From the human T2T-CHM13v2.0 reference genome, Homo sapiens, in assembly GCF_009914755.1 (NCBI RefSeq), contig NC_060927.1: DNA of 64,000 nucleotides, one strand, 5' to 3'. The notes beneath the pieces are model-generated. The model was not told the origin of the DNA. It made no database searches and was given only the letters and a program-made list of their open reading frames with translations. The translations under genes were made by a program, and so were the position numbers. This document shows, piece by piece, positions 1 to 20,100 of this stretch. Every line of letters starts with the position of its first letter. The first letter of the stretch is position 1.

Positions 1-136
1 CACCCACTGTCCTGCACCCACTGTCTGACAATCCCCAGTGAGATGCACCCGGTACCTCAGTTGGAAATGCAGAAATCATTCGTCTTATGTGTTGTTCATG
101 CTGGGAGCTGTAGACTGGAGCTGTCCCTGTTTGGCC
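1..136 (-). mobile_element. L1PA 5' UTR, inverted segment of twin-primed L1 #1 (continues left of the window)
   Basis: 1-136 is colinear with the minus-strand L1 5' end at about 59535-59670 (agtgagatg-acccggtacctcag-tggaaatgcagaaatca...gggagctgtagac...ggcc). It stops about 15 nt short of the L1 start and abuts sense ORF2. Confidence 0.92.
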
Positions 137-3088
<2,952 letters not shown>

Positions 3089-4609
3089 GTAAAGCAATAT
3101 AGTTGTGAAGCTAGTTGCAATACAGTTGGAAACCTAGTTGCAGTACCCATCTAGAGAAGGATCTACTCTCAACCTCTGAGATCTCAATGAGTGTAAGTGA
3201 GCAGGTGCATCTAAAAAATCAGCAGTGAGAGAAGTTGTGCATGTAAATAGACAAGCGGTATGGCTTCTATGAAAACCTTGTAGATTTAAAACCTTTATTT
3301 AGTGCTTGCTAAGGATGAGAACTGGTTAAAACTCTAGAGCCTTGCTCTATCAAGAAAAATTTTTTTCTGGAAAGGAGCATCTGACACTTTATATGCAGAT
3401 AATATTTGTGACAAATATGACTAAACTACAAGATTTTGTTTTTCAATAAAAACATGCAGTTTAGTCTTTTAATGCAAAGCAGTGGTATAAACTTCAAACA
3501 ACAATTCAGAGATGCAGGCAAAATAATATTTTAAGTATATGTAGCTAATTTGATCATCTTCAGAAGTTTTTGCCATGATTTACTAGAAAAACAAAATAAA
3601 ACTTTTAATCCTATGTTTCAAATGTGGCTCAATCTTGTAATTGAAAAACTTCTAAAAGACATTGTTCAGTCTGATACAGAAAATAAATTTTCCACTGCTT
3701 AGTGTCTTTCTTACATAGCCTCACTCTGCCCTGCTTGTCTCCTCTAAATGGAAAATGGAGGTAGGAAGTAGAGGAAGTTTATTCATCCTCTTCGCAACAA
3801 GAGAATCAGGGACCTCTGTCTTCCCATCTCCTCCAGCAATCCCTGGTCCACCTCAGTTGCTCCTTGTGACTGATTCTGTAGCTGCTGTAATTCTGATCTG
3901 GTTATGTTCTTTGACAATGAAAGCCAGGTGACTTTCCTAGACACCAGCTGTTGCTGGTGCTATAGGGTCCTGGAACCTGGCTGTGACTTATGTCTCCCAG
4001 CTCACATGGTCTGTTGCAGGCACAGAGCCATTTCATACCAACATTGCAGACTTACTTGGAATACTATTTGCCAAAATATCTACAACTCTTTGTCTAAGAC
4101 CTGAGGAATGAAAAGAGGCAGGGCACTGCTAAGCCTCAAAGTCTCCTGCTGTTATCAACAATGCACCATTGTGGTGGTAATCTCACACCTGAAGCTGATA
4201 CAGGGTGTGGCTTTGAGATCATATCCTTTGAGTCCTTAAAACTGAGTAGGAAACCAAGCCCTCAACCTTCACATCACCCACACTTATCTAACAGTATTCT
4301 GGCATCTTGGATGGAGCAAAACTGGGACATACATGTGATCACTTTGCTTTTCTGCCTTTTAAAAATCTCTGTTGTGGGCAATGTCTTTCCTTGTTCCATC
4401 TGGCACTTGATGACATCATTCTTGAAGAAACCAAAAATGAAGGTCAGTCACTCTGTTTATTAGGAACAGAACCAAATAAAAACAAATGTCAGTCTATTGC
4501 TCTTGCATTCAAATTCTCTTTCGGTCAGATGCCTTAATCATGGACACCAGTCTCTTTAAACTCCGATAGAGACATAAAAAATGGGAGGGAGATCTCTTTA
4601 GATGGTACC

Positions 4610-4959
4610 TGTCTTAGTCAATTTTTTGCTGCTATAAAAAATATACTCCTGCTTAAACAGCAAACATTCATTTCTTACAGTTCTGGAGGCTGGGAATTCC
4701 AAGACCAAGGTGCCAGAAGATCTGGAGGTGTCTGGTGAGGACTTGTTTCCTGGTTTGCAGATGGTTGTCTTCTCACATGGCAGACAGCAGAGAGAGATAA
4801 AACAAGCTCTGTTTGTTTCTTTTTATAAAGGCACTAATCCCATTTATGAGGGTTCCACCCAAGACCTAATCACCTCCTAAAGGCCCATACCATTATATTG
4901 GGGATGAGAGTATTAACACATGAACCTTTGGGGAAACAGAAACATTCAGTCCCATACCA
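4610..4959 (-). mobile_element. MLT1A-type MaLR solo LTR
   Basis: Runs tgtcttagtc...ttcttacagttctggaggctgggaattccaagaccaaggtgccag...acattcagtcccatacca, about 350 bp with TG...CA ends. Confidence 0.85.
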
Positions 4960-6339
4960 GTATGCTAGCTTGAAAATCTCTTATCCAGTCTTATAACCCA
5001 GATTTGAATATGAAAATCACATTTCACTAGGTTTTATTTTGTCTATTGTTTATTTTGTACTAAAGTTCTCTGCTCTGGCACATGGATACCTTGAGGGGAC
5101 TAAAATAAGAGAAGGCAAAAAGAGGAAAGCACAGAAAACCATTACTCCTTTACTCTTTTTTATGATAATAGACAGTATTTTGGTAGCATTTGTTAGGTAC
5201 AGCAAGGGGAGTGATGGTTCAGTATTTCATTATGATAATTTGGAGTTTCCATCTTTTTTTTTGCTACAGTGATTTATGAGTAGATTTTCAGACAATAAGA
5301 GGCTGTTGTTTGTCTCTTGCTTTTTTATTAGCACACAGCATTACAGTCCTTCAATGGCTAAAATGCTTTCCCCATAACTAAATATTTTATTTGGTTATAT
5401 TAAAATTTTCTATTTAGCATATTGCAGGGAAATGACATAAATTAGAGAACTATGGAAATTTTAAAGCTCACAGAGATGCAAGACAATCAGATTTAAGCAC
5501 TCTCCCACATATTTATCTGTTGTTAGGTAAACAGCACGTAAAAAGTTCAGCATTCTGGATTGTTAGCCAAGATTTTAAAAATGTAAACCTAGAAAATGTT
5601 AACAAACTTAAATGATCAGCTAACTATAATGAATTTGAGATTTCTTTTGATATTTTACTATAAATACAGACTACATGGAATGTATGATCGATGCAGTAAG
5701 ATTAATTGAAAAAAGAATAAAGGAAAATTAATATAAAGTAATTAAAAGTAGTATTGACAAGAATGCACTTGTCTAATTTCTTTTAAGAATATCTCTGTGT
5801 TTGCCAATGGCAATGAAAAACAGATTTCAGTTTTCCTAGGTCAGAATGTAAACAAAGTATAATTCTATAAAATGTATGATCATTTATAATTGTGGATGGG
5901 TAAAAGATAATATTCTAGGAAGAGTTCCACTCATTCGAAAATGAAGAATTTCAGCAATTAAGTAACTACCGGTTAAGGACGATTGTACATCATAGGTTGA
6001 TTGTAGCACATTTGCAATAAAAGGAATAACAAGTTATTTTCTATTTTCTTATAAAATATAGAAGAAATACTGTAACAGAACTCTTTGCAGCCTTTGCCAA
6101 AGCCACAATTCAAATCACAGACATGAGAAGGAATTGCTAATGAATTTATAGGGATTTTTAAAAATTCCTCTATAACTTTTAATAGAAAACAGCTAAAGTT
6201 TCTATTGAAAATGTATTACAATTTTACTTCCAGGCATTTATCTAGGTTATATATTGTATATTTTAATGTGTTCTCAATATAAACTATGTAATAACAACTA
6301 GCATTGAATTTGCAAACTCCATTGATTTGGTCAATAAAG

Positions 6340-6430
6340 CTATTTATTCATTTAGTAAATGACTATTTGCCATAAACAGTACTAAATGCTAGGCCTAGAC
6401 CTCTGCCCTCAAAGAGTTTATGAAATAATG
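6340..6430 (-). mobile_element. L2 3' fragment (degenerate)
   Basis: tatttattcatttagtaaat...tactaaatgctagg...ctctgccctcaaagagttta resembles the reverse complement of the L2 3' end. Confidence 0.45.
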
Positions 6431-7647
6431 GCAGTGCCATGTAATGTGAACAGAGCAGTGATTCATTTAAACTAAAGATCTGCTTAAAATGTAGTCTTCA
6501 AAATCTGTTACGTAGGTAAGAAAATAATTTAGACTAGCTTAAAAGTTGGTCAAAACCAAATGGGCTACCAAAGCTTTTATAAAAAATAAAAATAAAAGCA
6601 AGTATTCAAGTGTGTTCCCTGAAAATCTCTAAGGTATCATATGCAACAGGCAACAGGTACAAAAGGCTCTCAGGAACATATACCACATACATTTCAATGA
6701 GATGCCATATTATATTATTTTATTCCCTGAAGGCATAAAATATTACATAAGAATACAAAAACAGCACCTGCCTTCTGCTAGAATCCTACAGGCAATACAT
6801 TTGAGTCTGACAGACGAAAACTAAGGACAAGTGCAACGTCTCCAGAATATATAACCAACAGATGTGCTGTTTGCCAACCCTTCTATCCCATGAACCTATT
6901 CCTTGGCTGTTGAGGTCATCATCCTTTAAAAATAATCACTCATTAGGCATTTGCCTGGACATTAAAATTATGGTTATACAAATATTGAAGTGTTCTAAAT
7001 TTTGAAAAGTTGATAAGCATCTGAAAACTTTTCATATATAACTGTGTATTCTCACAATAATGAGTTCTATAGATTTAAGGTGAGAAACTTTTTATTTCTG
7101 CTGTCACAGATGTGATGTCAGAAATATTTAATTCTTGAATATTCTTATTATTTAAATATCACTGATTGAGCCCAAAGCCCTAAATTTGTTGTGATAGCCC
7201 TAGTTTTCCATTTGCAGATCCATTTTTCTAAGAATGAAAAATTCTGATATAGTACTAGTGTGGCCTGAAATGACAGTACTGTTTGAAATTTCTCAGCTGG
7301 ATAAACACTAAAAGGTTTGTTGATATTGCTATTCGGTTTTTAAATTTTTTGCCCGTGGTGATTCAAATAAATGAAAAACCAAAGAAAGGACAATTTATTA
7401 GGGTATCATAAGGATATCTAAAATGATGAGCTATTCTGTACTGACTGAAAAAATATTGTAATCAATTTGTATCAATAAATTCATACTGAAAAAAATTTCT
7501 TTCCTAATGTTACACGATGGCGTTTTGAACATGAACCTCTCTTGGAGAGACATAACTACTTCCAGATGCAACATACATCTGGTTAGGAAATGAAATGTTT
7601 CTACGTACATTTATCAAGACCAAGGCCTTCTATCAACTGGCTCCTGT

Positions 7648-7680
7648 ATATATAAATATAAATATAGATAAATAAATACA

Positions 7681-7703
<23 letters not shown>
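7648..7703. repeat. (TA)n microsatellite in the Alu tail
   Basis: TA-rich run lying between the Alu T-tail and its TSD. Confidence 0.85.
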
Positions 7704-7711
<8 letters not shown>

Positions 7712-7995
7712 TTTAACAGGGTCTCACTCTGTCACCAAGGCTGGAGTGCAGTGGTGCTCTCACCTTACTGTAGCCTCCACCTTCCAGGTTCAAGCAATTC
7801 TCATTCCTCAGCCTCCAGAAGAGCTGGGATTAAAAAGGCGAGAGCCACCACACCCAGCTATTTTTTGTATTTTTTAGTAGAAACAGGGTTTTGCCATGTT
7901 GGCCAGGCTGGCCTCAAACTCCTGACCTCAAGTGATCCTCCTGCCTTGGCCTCCCAAAGTGCTGGGATTATAGATGTGAGCCACAGTGCCCAGCT
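7703..7995 (-). mobile_element. Alu (AluJ/S), full length
   Basis: Dimeric Alu in reverse orientation. Candidate TSD ggctcct(g/a)tat at about 7639 and 7997. Confidence 0.95.
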
Positions 7996-8404
7996 GGGCT
8001 CCTATATTTTTTCAAGATTGTCTCTCACTACCACCCAAAATGCCCATTGTCTTCTACTTACCATCTAATGAAGGGAATGAGTGCTTACTGGTTACTGCAT
8101 GTGATTGGGGCGTGGTCTATGGCTGTTAGGTATGTTACCTTTGTGATGATTTGTCTGCCTTCATTTAGTCTTGGGAATAAATGCTAGACAATCAAATTAG
8201 CCTAAATTCATTCTGCCTACATGTTTCAGATGAGGGTTTTGCCTTGCATGAAACTTGTTGAGAAGTCCAATTTTCTGAAATTATCACACCCTTCAATTCT
8301 AGTATTTTCAGCTGTTTTAGAAGCATATGGCAGCAAGAACAGTAATTACCATTGGTATGCTAATGTAGGATAGGCTACATTAGTTTAGTCTCAGAAACGA
8401 GAAA

Positions 8405-8839
<435 letters not shown>

Positions 8840-9389
8840 TTAATCCAGGATGTGCTGTTCAAGAAACAGATAAATCCAGATTCATGCTTTTAATAATTTA
8901 TTAGACTGCTACCCTCTACTTTTTAACTTTCATCTCAAGAATGTTAAAATTGCTTTTCCTGTGCTTATTTAAAAGTTGTTAGTGTTGCCTTAACATTATT
9001 TTAATATTTTAGCAGGACTCTTTTCGTGTCTTTAGAATTATATTTCCATTTTTATTGTATGCATGTTAATTTTCTTCCTTATTTCTTTCTAATACCAGAA
9101 TTCAACCATTTTGCGATTGCTGTGACCTACTAAATGTGTCAATTGATATATTTGATTTATAGTTGCTTTTATTTTTAATTGCGTTTATACTTAATGATTC
9201 AATTAATTTAGTTTTACCTTTTTTACAATTGCATTATGTTTCTTGGTGATTTGCATAACTATATTTAAAAATAAGCACACTAAAAAAAGCAAGGACTTTA
9301 CCAATACATCTATTCTAGTCAGTCATTACACACTAAACTCCAGCAATCCAAGGTTAATCATTTTAAATGTATAAATTCTTTAGTAAAAT

Positions 9390-9600
9390 GAAGCTACTGT
9401 TTGCTGAATGCTTCAGAATTTTAAGTATTTGTGTATATTGCTTACAATTATACAGCAATTAAGTATTAGCAACCTGTTTCCCAGATAAGGAAAATAATAA
9501 TCATAAAATTTAAGTAACTCATCCAAGGTCATTTAGCCAGTATGAACCCAACCTGGAACTGAACCTAGATGAATGCGACTCTAAAATCGATGTCCTTTCC
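9390..9600 (-). mobile_element. MIR
   Basis: cagataaggaaa...ttaagtaactcatccaaggtca...gaactgaacctagatg...gactctaaaatc. Confidence 0.7.
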
Positions 9601-10359
9601 AATACATGGAACTGTCATACTGGTATCACAATAGAAAACCTTTTTTAAATAAAAAGATTCTAAGTCTCGCACTAAGAAGATGCAAAATCCCATGAAGCTG
9701 TAAGTCACTTACTAGAAATCATCTGATATGACTGATGTCTTCAACATAGCCTTGAATATAAAGAAAACTATAGTAAATGTTATCATATATCACAAAAAGT
9801 ATGTAAAGAAATTATAATGCATGCAAGACTGCATTACTTTTCAGATGACAAGCAAAAGAAGTTTAAATGTAAATCCGCATTAGGAAAAAGTGACAGCCTC
9901 TTTGAAACTGACATTAGAAGTCCAAAGGCTGGCTAAGTCTGGCTCTCTGGATACCCTATTCTTCCCTTTGGTGTGTGGGACCATTTAAAGACCCAGGTCA
10001 CTAAAAGTAAAAGCCTTCGAAAATGTCCTGAATTCTACAAACCACAAGGAAAACCTCAAGGTAGAATAAAAAATATTGAAAAAATTAATTTGGACATCCT
10101 ATAGAAGTCAAACTGTTCTGACGTTGATGGTGTTATCCTGGAATGTATAAATAAATGTAAAATATGAAAATGCTGTTCATGGTTGACCAGATAAACTTGA
10201 GAGTGGAAGAAAAAATTTATGTTTTTTTATGCCTAAAGGAAAAATATTCTAAATACTCAATATTATTTATCTCTTTGTTTATAAGTATAAAAGGTGATTA
10301 GTAACTAGGATAATAAAGAAAAACAAATAGTTGACCAATTGAAAACATATATGCACACT

Positions 10360-10790
10360 CTACACCTTGGTTACAATGATGGATGAAAATCCAAAGCACA
10401 GACAATGCCAATCCTGATGACAATATGGAGCAACAGAAACTTATTTATTGTAAGTGGGAATGCAAAATGATAACTTAATGATGCTGAAAGATAGTTTGGC
10501 AGTTTTTAAGAAAACTAAACATACTCTTAACCTGTGATCCAGCAATCATGCTCCTTGTCATTTACCCAAATAAGTTAAAAACTTGGGTATACACAAAAAC
10601 CTGCACAGAAATATTTACAGCTTTATTCACAATTGCCAAGAGTTGGAAGTGATCACAAATCTCCTTCAATATATTAATAAATAAATAAACTCTGTTACAT
10701 CTATACAGTGGAATATTATTGAGAGCTAAAAATAAATGAAAAGCTATAAGCCACGAAAAGACAGAAGAGAAATCTTAAGTGTATATTATT
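10360..10790 (+). mobile_element. Old L1 (L1MC/MD-type), ORF2 end and 3' UTR fragment
   Basis: ggagcaacagaaact...gtgggaatgcaaaatg...gtttggcagttt...gatccagcaatcatgctcctt...atttacccaaa...gtggaatatta. Confidence 0.8.
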
Positions 10791-10949
10791 CTATCAATAG
10801 ACAAAAAACAAACCAAAAATTGAATCTCTGAGTTTAACTTCTAGTGGTGAGAGACAGTCAATAAAAGGTACATAGCTCAATAGAAAGTAAAAAATTATAT
10901 GAATAAAAAGTAGGCATGGAATGCAAAAGAAATGAAATTGATTCCTTAC

Positions 10950-11098
10950 ATCATAGACTGTTATTTACCCAAATCTACATGATACAACCTACTACATACC
11001 TAGGTTATATGGTATAGCCTATTGCTTCTAGTCTACAAAACAATACAGCATGTTACTGTATAGAAGAGTTACAGTAAAAATATAATGTAAACGATTTT
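10950..11098. mobile_element. Tigger3b-type DNA transposon, left part (interrupted by L1 #2)
   Basis: cctactacatacctaggttatatggtatagcctattgcttctag...acagcatgttactgta, homologous to the element at 25170-25506. Confidence 0.8.
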
Positions 11099-14687
<3,589 letters not shown>

Positions 14688-16565
14688 GGTATCCCAAAGT
14701 AGCCTAACTGGAGGCACCCCCCAGTAGGGGAAGAATGACACCTCACACGGCCGGGTACTCCTCTGAGATGAAACTTCCAGAGGAACGATCAGACAGCAAC
14801 AGTTGCTATTCAGTAATATTTGCTGTTCTGCAGCCTCCGATGCTGATCCCCAGGCAGACTGTCTGGAGCGGACCTCCAGGAAACTCCAACAGACCTGCAG
14901 CTGAGGGTCCTGACTGTTAGAAGGAAAACTAACAAACAGAAAGGACATCCACACCAAAATGCCATCTGTACTTCACCATTATCAAAGACGAAAGGTAGAT
15001 AAAACCACAAAGATGGGGAAAAAACAGAGCAGAAAAACTGAAAATTCTAAAAATCAGAGCGCCTCTCATCCTCCAAAGGAATGCAGCTCCTCACCAGCAA
15101 CGGAGCAAAGCTGGACAGAGAATGACTTTGACGAGTTGAGAGAAGAAGGCTTCAGATGATCAAACTTCTCCAAGCTAAAGGAGGAAGTGTGAACCCATCG
15201 CAAAGAAGTTAAAAACTTTGAAAAAAGATTAGAGAAATGGCTAACTAGAATAACCAATGAAGAGAAGGCCTTAAATGACCTGACGGAGCTGAAAACCATG
15301 GCATGAGAACTAGGCGATGAATGCACAAACTTCAGTAGCTGTCTCGATCATCTGGAAGAAACGGTATCAGTGACTGAAGATCAAATGAATGAAATGAAGC
15401 AAGAAAAAAAGTTTACAGAAAAAAGAATAAAAAGAAATGAACAAAGCCTCCAAGAAATATGGGACTATGTGAAAAGACCAAATCTACATCTGATTGGTGT
15501 ACCTGAAAGTGATGGGGAGAATGGAACCAAGTTGGAAAACACTCTGCAGGATATTATCCAGGATAACTATCACAACCTAGCAAGGCAGGCCAACATTCAA
15601 ATTCAGGAAATATAGAGAACGCCACAAAGATTCTCCTCCAGAAGAGCAACTCCAAGACACATAATTGTCAGATTCACCAAAGTTGAAATGAAGGAAAAAA
15701 TGTTAAGGGCAGCCAGAGAGAAAAGTTGGGTTACCCACAAAGGGAAACCCATCAGACTAATAGCTGATCTCTCAGCAGAAACTCTACAAGCCAGAAGAGA
15801 GTGGGGGCCGATATTCGACATTCTTAAAGAAAAGAATTTTCAACCCAGAATTTCATATCCAGCCAAACTAAGCTTCAGAAGTGAAGGACAAATAAAATCC
15901 TTTACAGACAAATGCTGAGAGATTTTGTCCCCGCCAGGCCTGCTCTACAAGAGCTCCTGAAGAAAGCACTAAACATGGAAAGGAACAACAAGTACCAGCC
16001 ACTGCAAAATGATGCCAAATTGTAAAGACCATCGAGGCTAGGAAGAAACTGCATCGACAAATGAGCAAAATAACCAGCTATCGTCATAATGACAGGATCA
16101 AATTCACACATAACAATATTCACCTTAAATGTAAATGGGCTAAATGCTCCAGTTAAAAGACACAGACTGGCAAATTGGACAAAGAGTCAGGACCCATTAG
16201 TGTTCTGTATTCAGGAAACCCATCTCACATGCAGAGACACACATAGGCTCAAAATGAAGGGATGGAGGAAGATCTACCAAGCAAATGGAAAACAAAAAAA
16301 AGGCAGGGGTTGCAGTCCTAGTCTCTGATAAAACAGACTTTAAACCAACAAAGATCAAAAGAGACAAAGAATGCCATTACATAATGGTAAAGGGATCAAT
16401 TTGACAAGATGTGCTATCCTAAATATATATGCAACCAATACAGGAGCACCCAGATTCATAAAGCAAGTCCTTAGAGACCTACAAAGAGACTTAGACTCCC
16501 ACACAATAATAATGGGAGAGTTTAACACCCCACTGTCAACATTAGACAGATCCATGAGACAGAAA
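14688..16565 (+). mobile_element. L1 #2 inverted 5' segment: distal 5' UTR, ORF1 and start of ORF2
   Basis: 5' UTR (gtagcctaactgg...), ORF1 from ATG 15013 (MGKKQSRK...) to about 16025 with stops, ORF2 from 16089 (MTGSNSHITI...). Ends at ccatgagacagaaa, the point where the minus-strand part begins. Confidence 0.95.
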
Positions 16566-17370
16566 TATAAAAGATTTTAAAAGGTACCCTTGTATGGGGC
16601 ACTTAACATGAATGGATCTTGCAGGAATGGAAATTGCTGTGCATGAATCAATGGGTGAGTGGAGAGAAAATGTGATGTCCTAAGATATTACTGTACATTA
16701 CTATACACTTTACAAACACTGTATACTTATGCTATACTCAATTTAATCCTTTTTTGTTTCTTCAATAATAAACTAACCTTAGCCTGATTTAAATTTATTA
16801 CTTTATAAACATTTTAAATTTATTAACTTTTTGACTCCTGTAATAACACTTAACTCAAAACACAAACACATAGTACAGCTGTACAATTTTTTTTGTTTAT
16901 ATCCTTAGTCTATCAGGTATTTCATTTTTTTTAATTTTTCTTTACTTTGAAATATTTTGGCTAAAAACTAAGACACGAACACACACATTATCCTCGGCCC
17001 ACACAGGGTCAGGATCACTCTATCACTGTCTTCTACCTCCATATGTTGTCCCACTGGAAGGTCTTCAGGGGCAATAACATGCATAGAGTTGTCATCTCAC
17101 ATCATATCAATGCCTTCTTCTGGAATATCTCCAGAAGGACTGGCCTGAGGCTGTTTTAAAGTTAACATTTTTTTTTTTACATAGGAGTACACTATAATGA
17201 TAAAATATATAGTAAATACATAAACTAGTAACATAGTTCTTCATTACCATTATCAAGTTTTATGAACTGTATGTAACTGTATTGCTATAGTTTTGTATGA
17301 CCGGCAGTACGGTAGGTTTATTTGGTTTATTTATGCCAGCATTACCACAAACACATGAGTAATGCTTTGT
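16566..17370. mobile_element. Tigger3b-type DNA transposon, right part
   Basis: Continues the Tigger sequence across the L1 TSD: tataaaagatt...ggtacccttgtatggggcacttaacatgaatgga...cccactggaaggtcttcaggggcaataacatgcat...accacaaacacatgagtaatgc. Confidence 0.8.
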
Positions 17371-17371
17371 C

Positions 17372-17629
17372 ACTGGGTAATTTATAAAGAAAAAGAAATT
17401 TAATTGACTTATGGTTCCACATGGCTGTGGAAGCCTCACAACTATGGCAGAAGGTGAAGCAGAGGCACATCTTACATGGCAACAGGCAAGAGAGCATGCA
17501 CAGGGGAACTACACTTTATAAAACCATCAGATCTCATGAGATTTACTCACTCTCACGAGAACAGCATGAGAAAGACCCATGATTCAATTACCTCCTACTG
17601 GATCTGTACCATGACATGTGGGAATTATG
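17372..17629 (-). mobile_element. THE1 (MaLR) LTR, truncated at both ends
   Basis: actgggtaatttataaagaaaaaga...ttccacatggctg...aaaccatcagatctcatgaga...catgattcaattacctcc...gggaattatg. Confidence 0.88.
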
Positions 17630-19085
17630 TTTAATGACCTAGAATATGGTCTCTCTTGGTGTGTGTTCTATGTACACTTGAAACATTATGTATTCTGCTA
17701 TTGTATGGAATTCTCTATAAATGTCACATAGGTCTAGTTTGTTATTGGCTGATAATTGCCAGTTTTGTTCCATTTGTCCCGTTTGTTCTCTGTTTTCTAC
17801 TTCCTCTTTTTCTACTTTCCTTTGGATCAACTGACAATTTTTATATTACCACTTTATCTCCTTTATTGGCTTATTTGTGTTAACTTTTTGTTGTGTTATT
17901 TTAGTGGGTATATGTTAGAAATCTTTAACTTATCACAGTCTACCTTTGTGCAATTTACTATCATTTTAGTTATAGTATAAACTTGGCTTTTTAGTGGTGA
18001 GAAATCTGCTGTTGGACATCATTACCTTTGTTTCTCTGAATGTAATGTATCCTTTTTCTCTGGCTGCTTTTAAGATTTTCTGTTTGTCACTGATTTCAAA
18101 CAATTTTATTATGATGTGCCTTGGTGAACTTTTCTTCATGTTGGCACACTTGAGCTTTGGTTCACTGAGCTTCTTGGATCTATGATTTTTCATGCATAAC
18201 AAATTTGGAAATTTTTCTTCAAATAATTTTTCTCTCTCTCTTCTCTCTTCCTAGGACTTCAATTACATGTATACTGGTCCATTTGAAGTTGTCCCAGAGT
18301 TCACTGATGCTATGGTTTCTTTTTTTCACCCTTTTTCTGTGCCTCATTTTGTAAAGTTTCTGTAGTTATTTATTCAGGTTTAGTAATTTTTTTCCTGCCA
18401 TTTTTTATCTGCTCTTAATCCCATAGAGTGTATTTTTCATCTCAGACCCTGTCATTTTCACCTTTTGAAGTTCTATTTGAGTCTTCTAAAAACACCTTCC
18501 ATGTCTCTTACTAATATGTTCAATCTTTTTTCTGGTTTCTTGAATATGTGAAATATTGCCATAATGAATGTCTAAATATCCTTATCTACTAATTCTATTT
18601 TATTTCTGGATAGTTTGATTGATCATTCTATTCATTATGATTTATATTTTTCTTATTCTTTGCCTGCCTTGTAGCTTTTGATTGGATGTCAGATATTGTA
18701 AAATTTACCTTGTTGGGTGCTGATTATTTTTGTTTTCTTATATACAAATATTCTTATTTTCATCCTGAGACTCACATTACTTGCAGAGTTTTATCTCCTT
18801 GAGTGATACTTTCAAGTTTTGTTAGATAGGACCAGGAAAGTATTTTTTCCAAGTCTTATTTTGTTCCATTATGTATGCAAACAACAATGTTCCTTAAATT
18901 ATGAATTCCCACTTTTTCTCATGATAACAGGAATTATTCTCAACCTTTTATTTCCTGGGTGTTATTTTACCCTAATTCTTTTAGAATTATGTTCTCTGGC
19001 CCTAAGTAGCATTCTCACTTACATATGCTGATCAGTACTCAACTGAACACTCAGGGGACACTCTAAAGATTTCCAGAGTTCTGCA
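17630..19085 (-). mobile_element. Old L1M fragment (5' region, ORF1 and start of ORF2)
   Basis: Minus-strand peptides SPRHIIIKLFEISDKQKILKAAREK (ORF1p-like) and NKLDLCDIYREFH..AEY (ORF2 endonuclease-like). Confidence 0.8.
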
Positions 19086-19109
19086 CTGTGAGGGTCCCTG
19101 GTTCAACAG

Positions 19110-20100
19110 CAAATATGGGCACTATTGCTAGTAGATAAGTAGAAATCGTGGCTGGAGATTATGAAACATCTCTTCTGACTGAGTTTTCTCATATAATTGG
19201 AAAGATGGTCATCAGCTGAAAGTATGAAATGAAAAGAGATGGGTAGTGTTAGATTTTGAGAAGAGAGGAATAAATAAGGAATGGGAGAGTGGTTGGAGAA
19301 GATATAATAATTGTTAGAATTAAGGGGCAAGAAATTTGAGGGTGGATACAAGGAAATGAATATAATTATTGGCTAAGAAGTATAAACTGGGAAGGAGAGA
19401 AATTAGGATGAGAAGAGAATAAAACAAAATGAAGATGTGGTAGAATCAGATGAAGGGGTTGAGGAGCAGGATCATTGAATTTACTAATTACAGTGAGTTA
19501 AAAGGACAAAAGTGGTTGCCAGAAGGATGCTTGACATTGAGATTTCTGATGATATCATCGATATTAATTCTGACAGGTCTAGGATACAATCCAAGGAATG
19601 AAAGTTTAGGTGAGATAAACATGAAGTTCAGGGAACTGAGAAGCCAATGTTTTGGAAGCGTCAGCCATGTGGACACCAAAATCACAAATATATGATTTCA
19701 GAGTGACAGAAAATCAGAAGCAAAAGCCTTCAAGATACAGGATACAATTGGATTGAAAGGGGAGATTATAACCCAGTGGTAGGTATATTATTGCAACAAA
19801 GAAGGTAATGGACACCATAACCTGATACATGAAATTCAAAATTAAAGAGTCTTAAGGAAGCAGGAGCAAGAACACTCTAGAAAAAACAATTCAGAGGAGG
19901 AGGATGCTCAAACCAGATTTAGGCTCATGGTATAGAAAGAGGACTATGGGAAAGCAGTATCCTCAAGGAAGACTTGAATTTATGTTAGAGCCAGAGGTAA
20001 AGGGAGCACTCAAAAAAAGGTTTAACGTATAGGAAGATTTCTCTTTTCCATGACTAATGTGCTATGTGTTCCAAAGGACTCAGTGGAAAGCTTTCAGAAG
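19110..20100 (-). mobile_element. L2 relic, boundaries uncertain
   Basis: Long purine-rich degenerate tract with L2-like motifs (ggtcatcagctgaaa, gttttggaagcgtcagccatgtggacaccaaaatcac). Confidence 0.5.

Noticed and set aside
7751-8068. Alu-derived ORFs (also 8528-8824, 33657-34076, 39993-40214, 50527-50790)
   Set aside because: Typical antisense-Alu translations, not genes.
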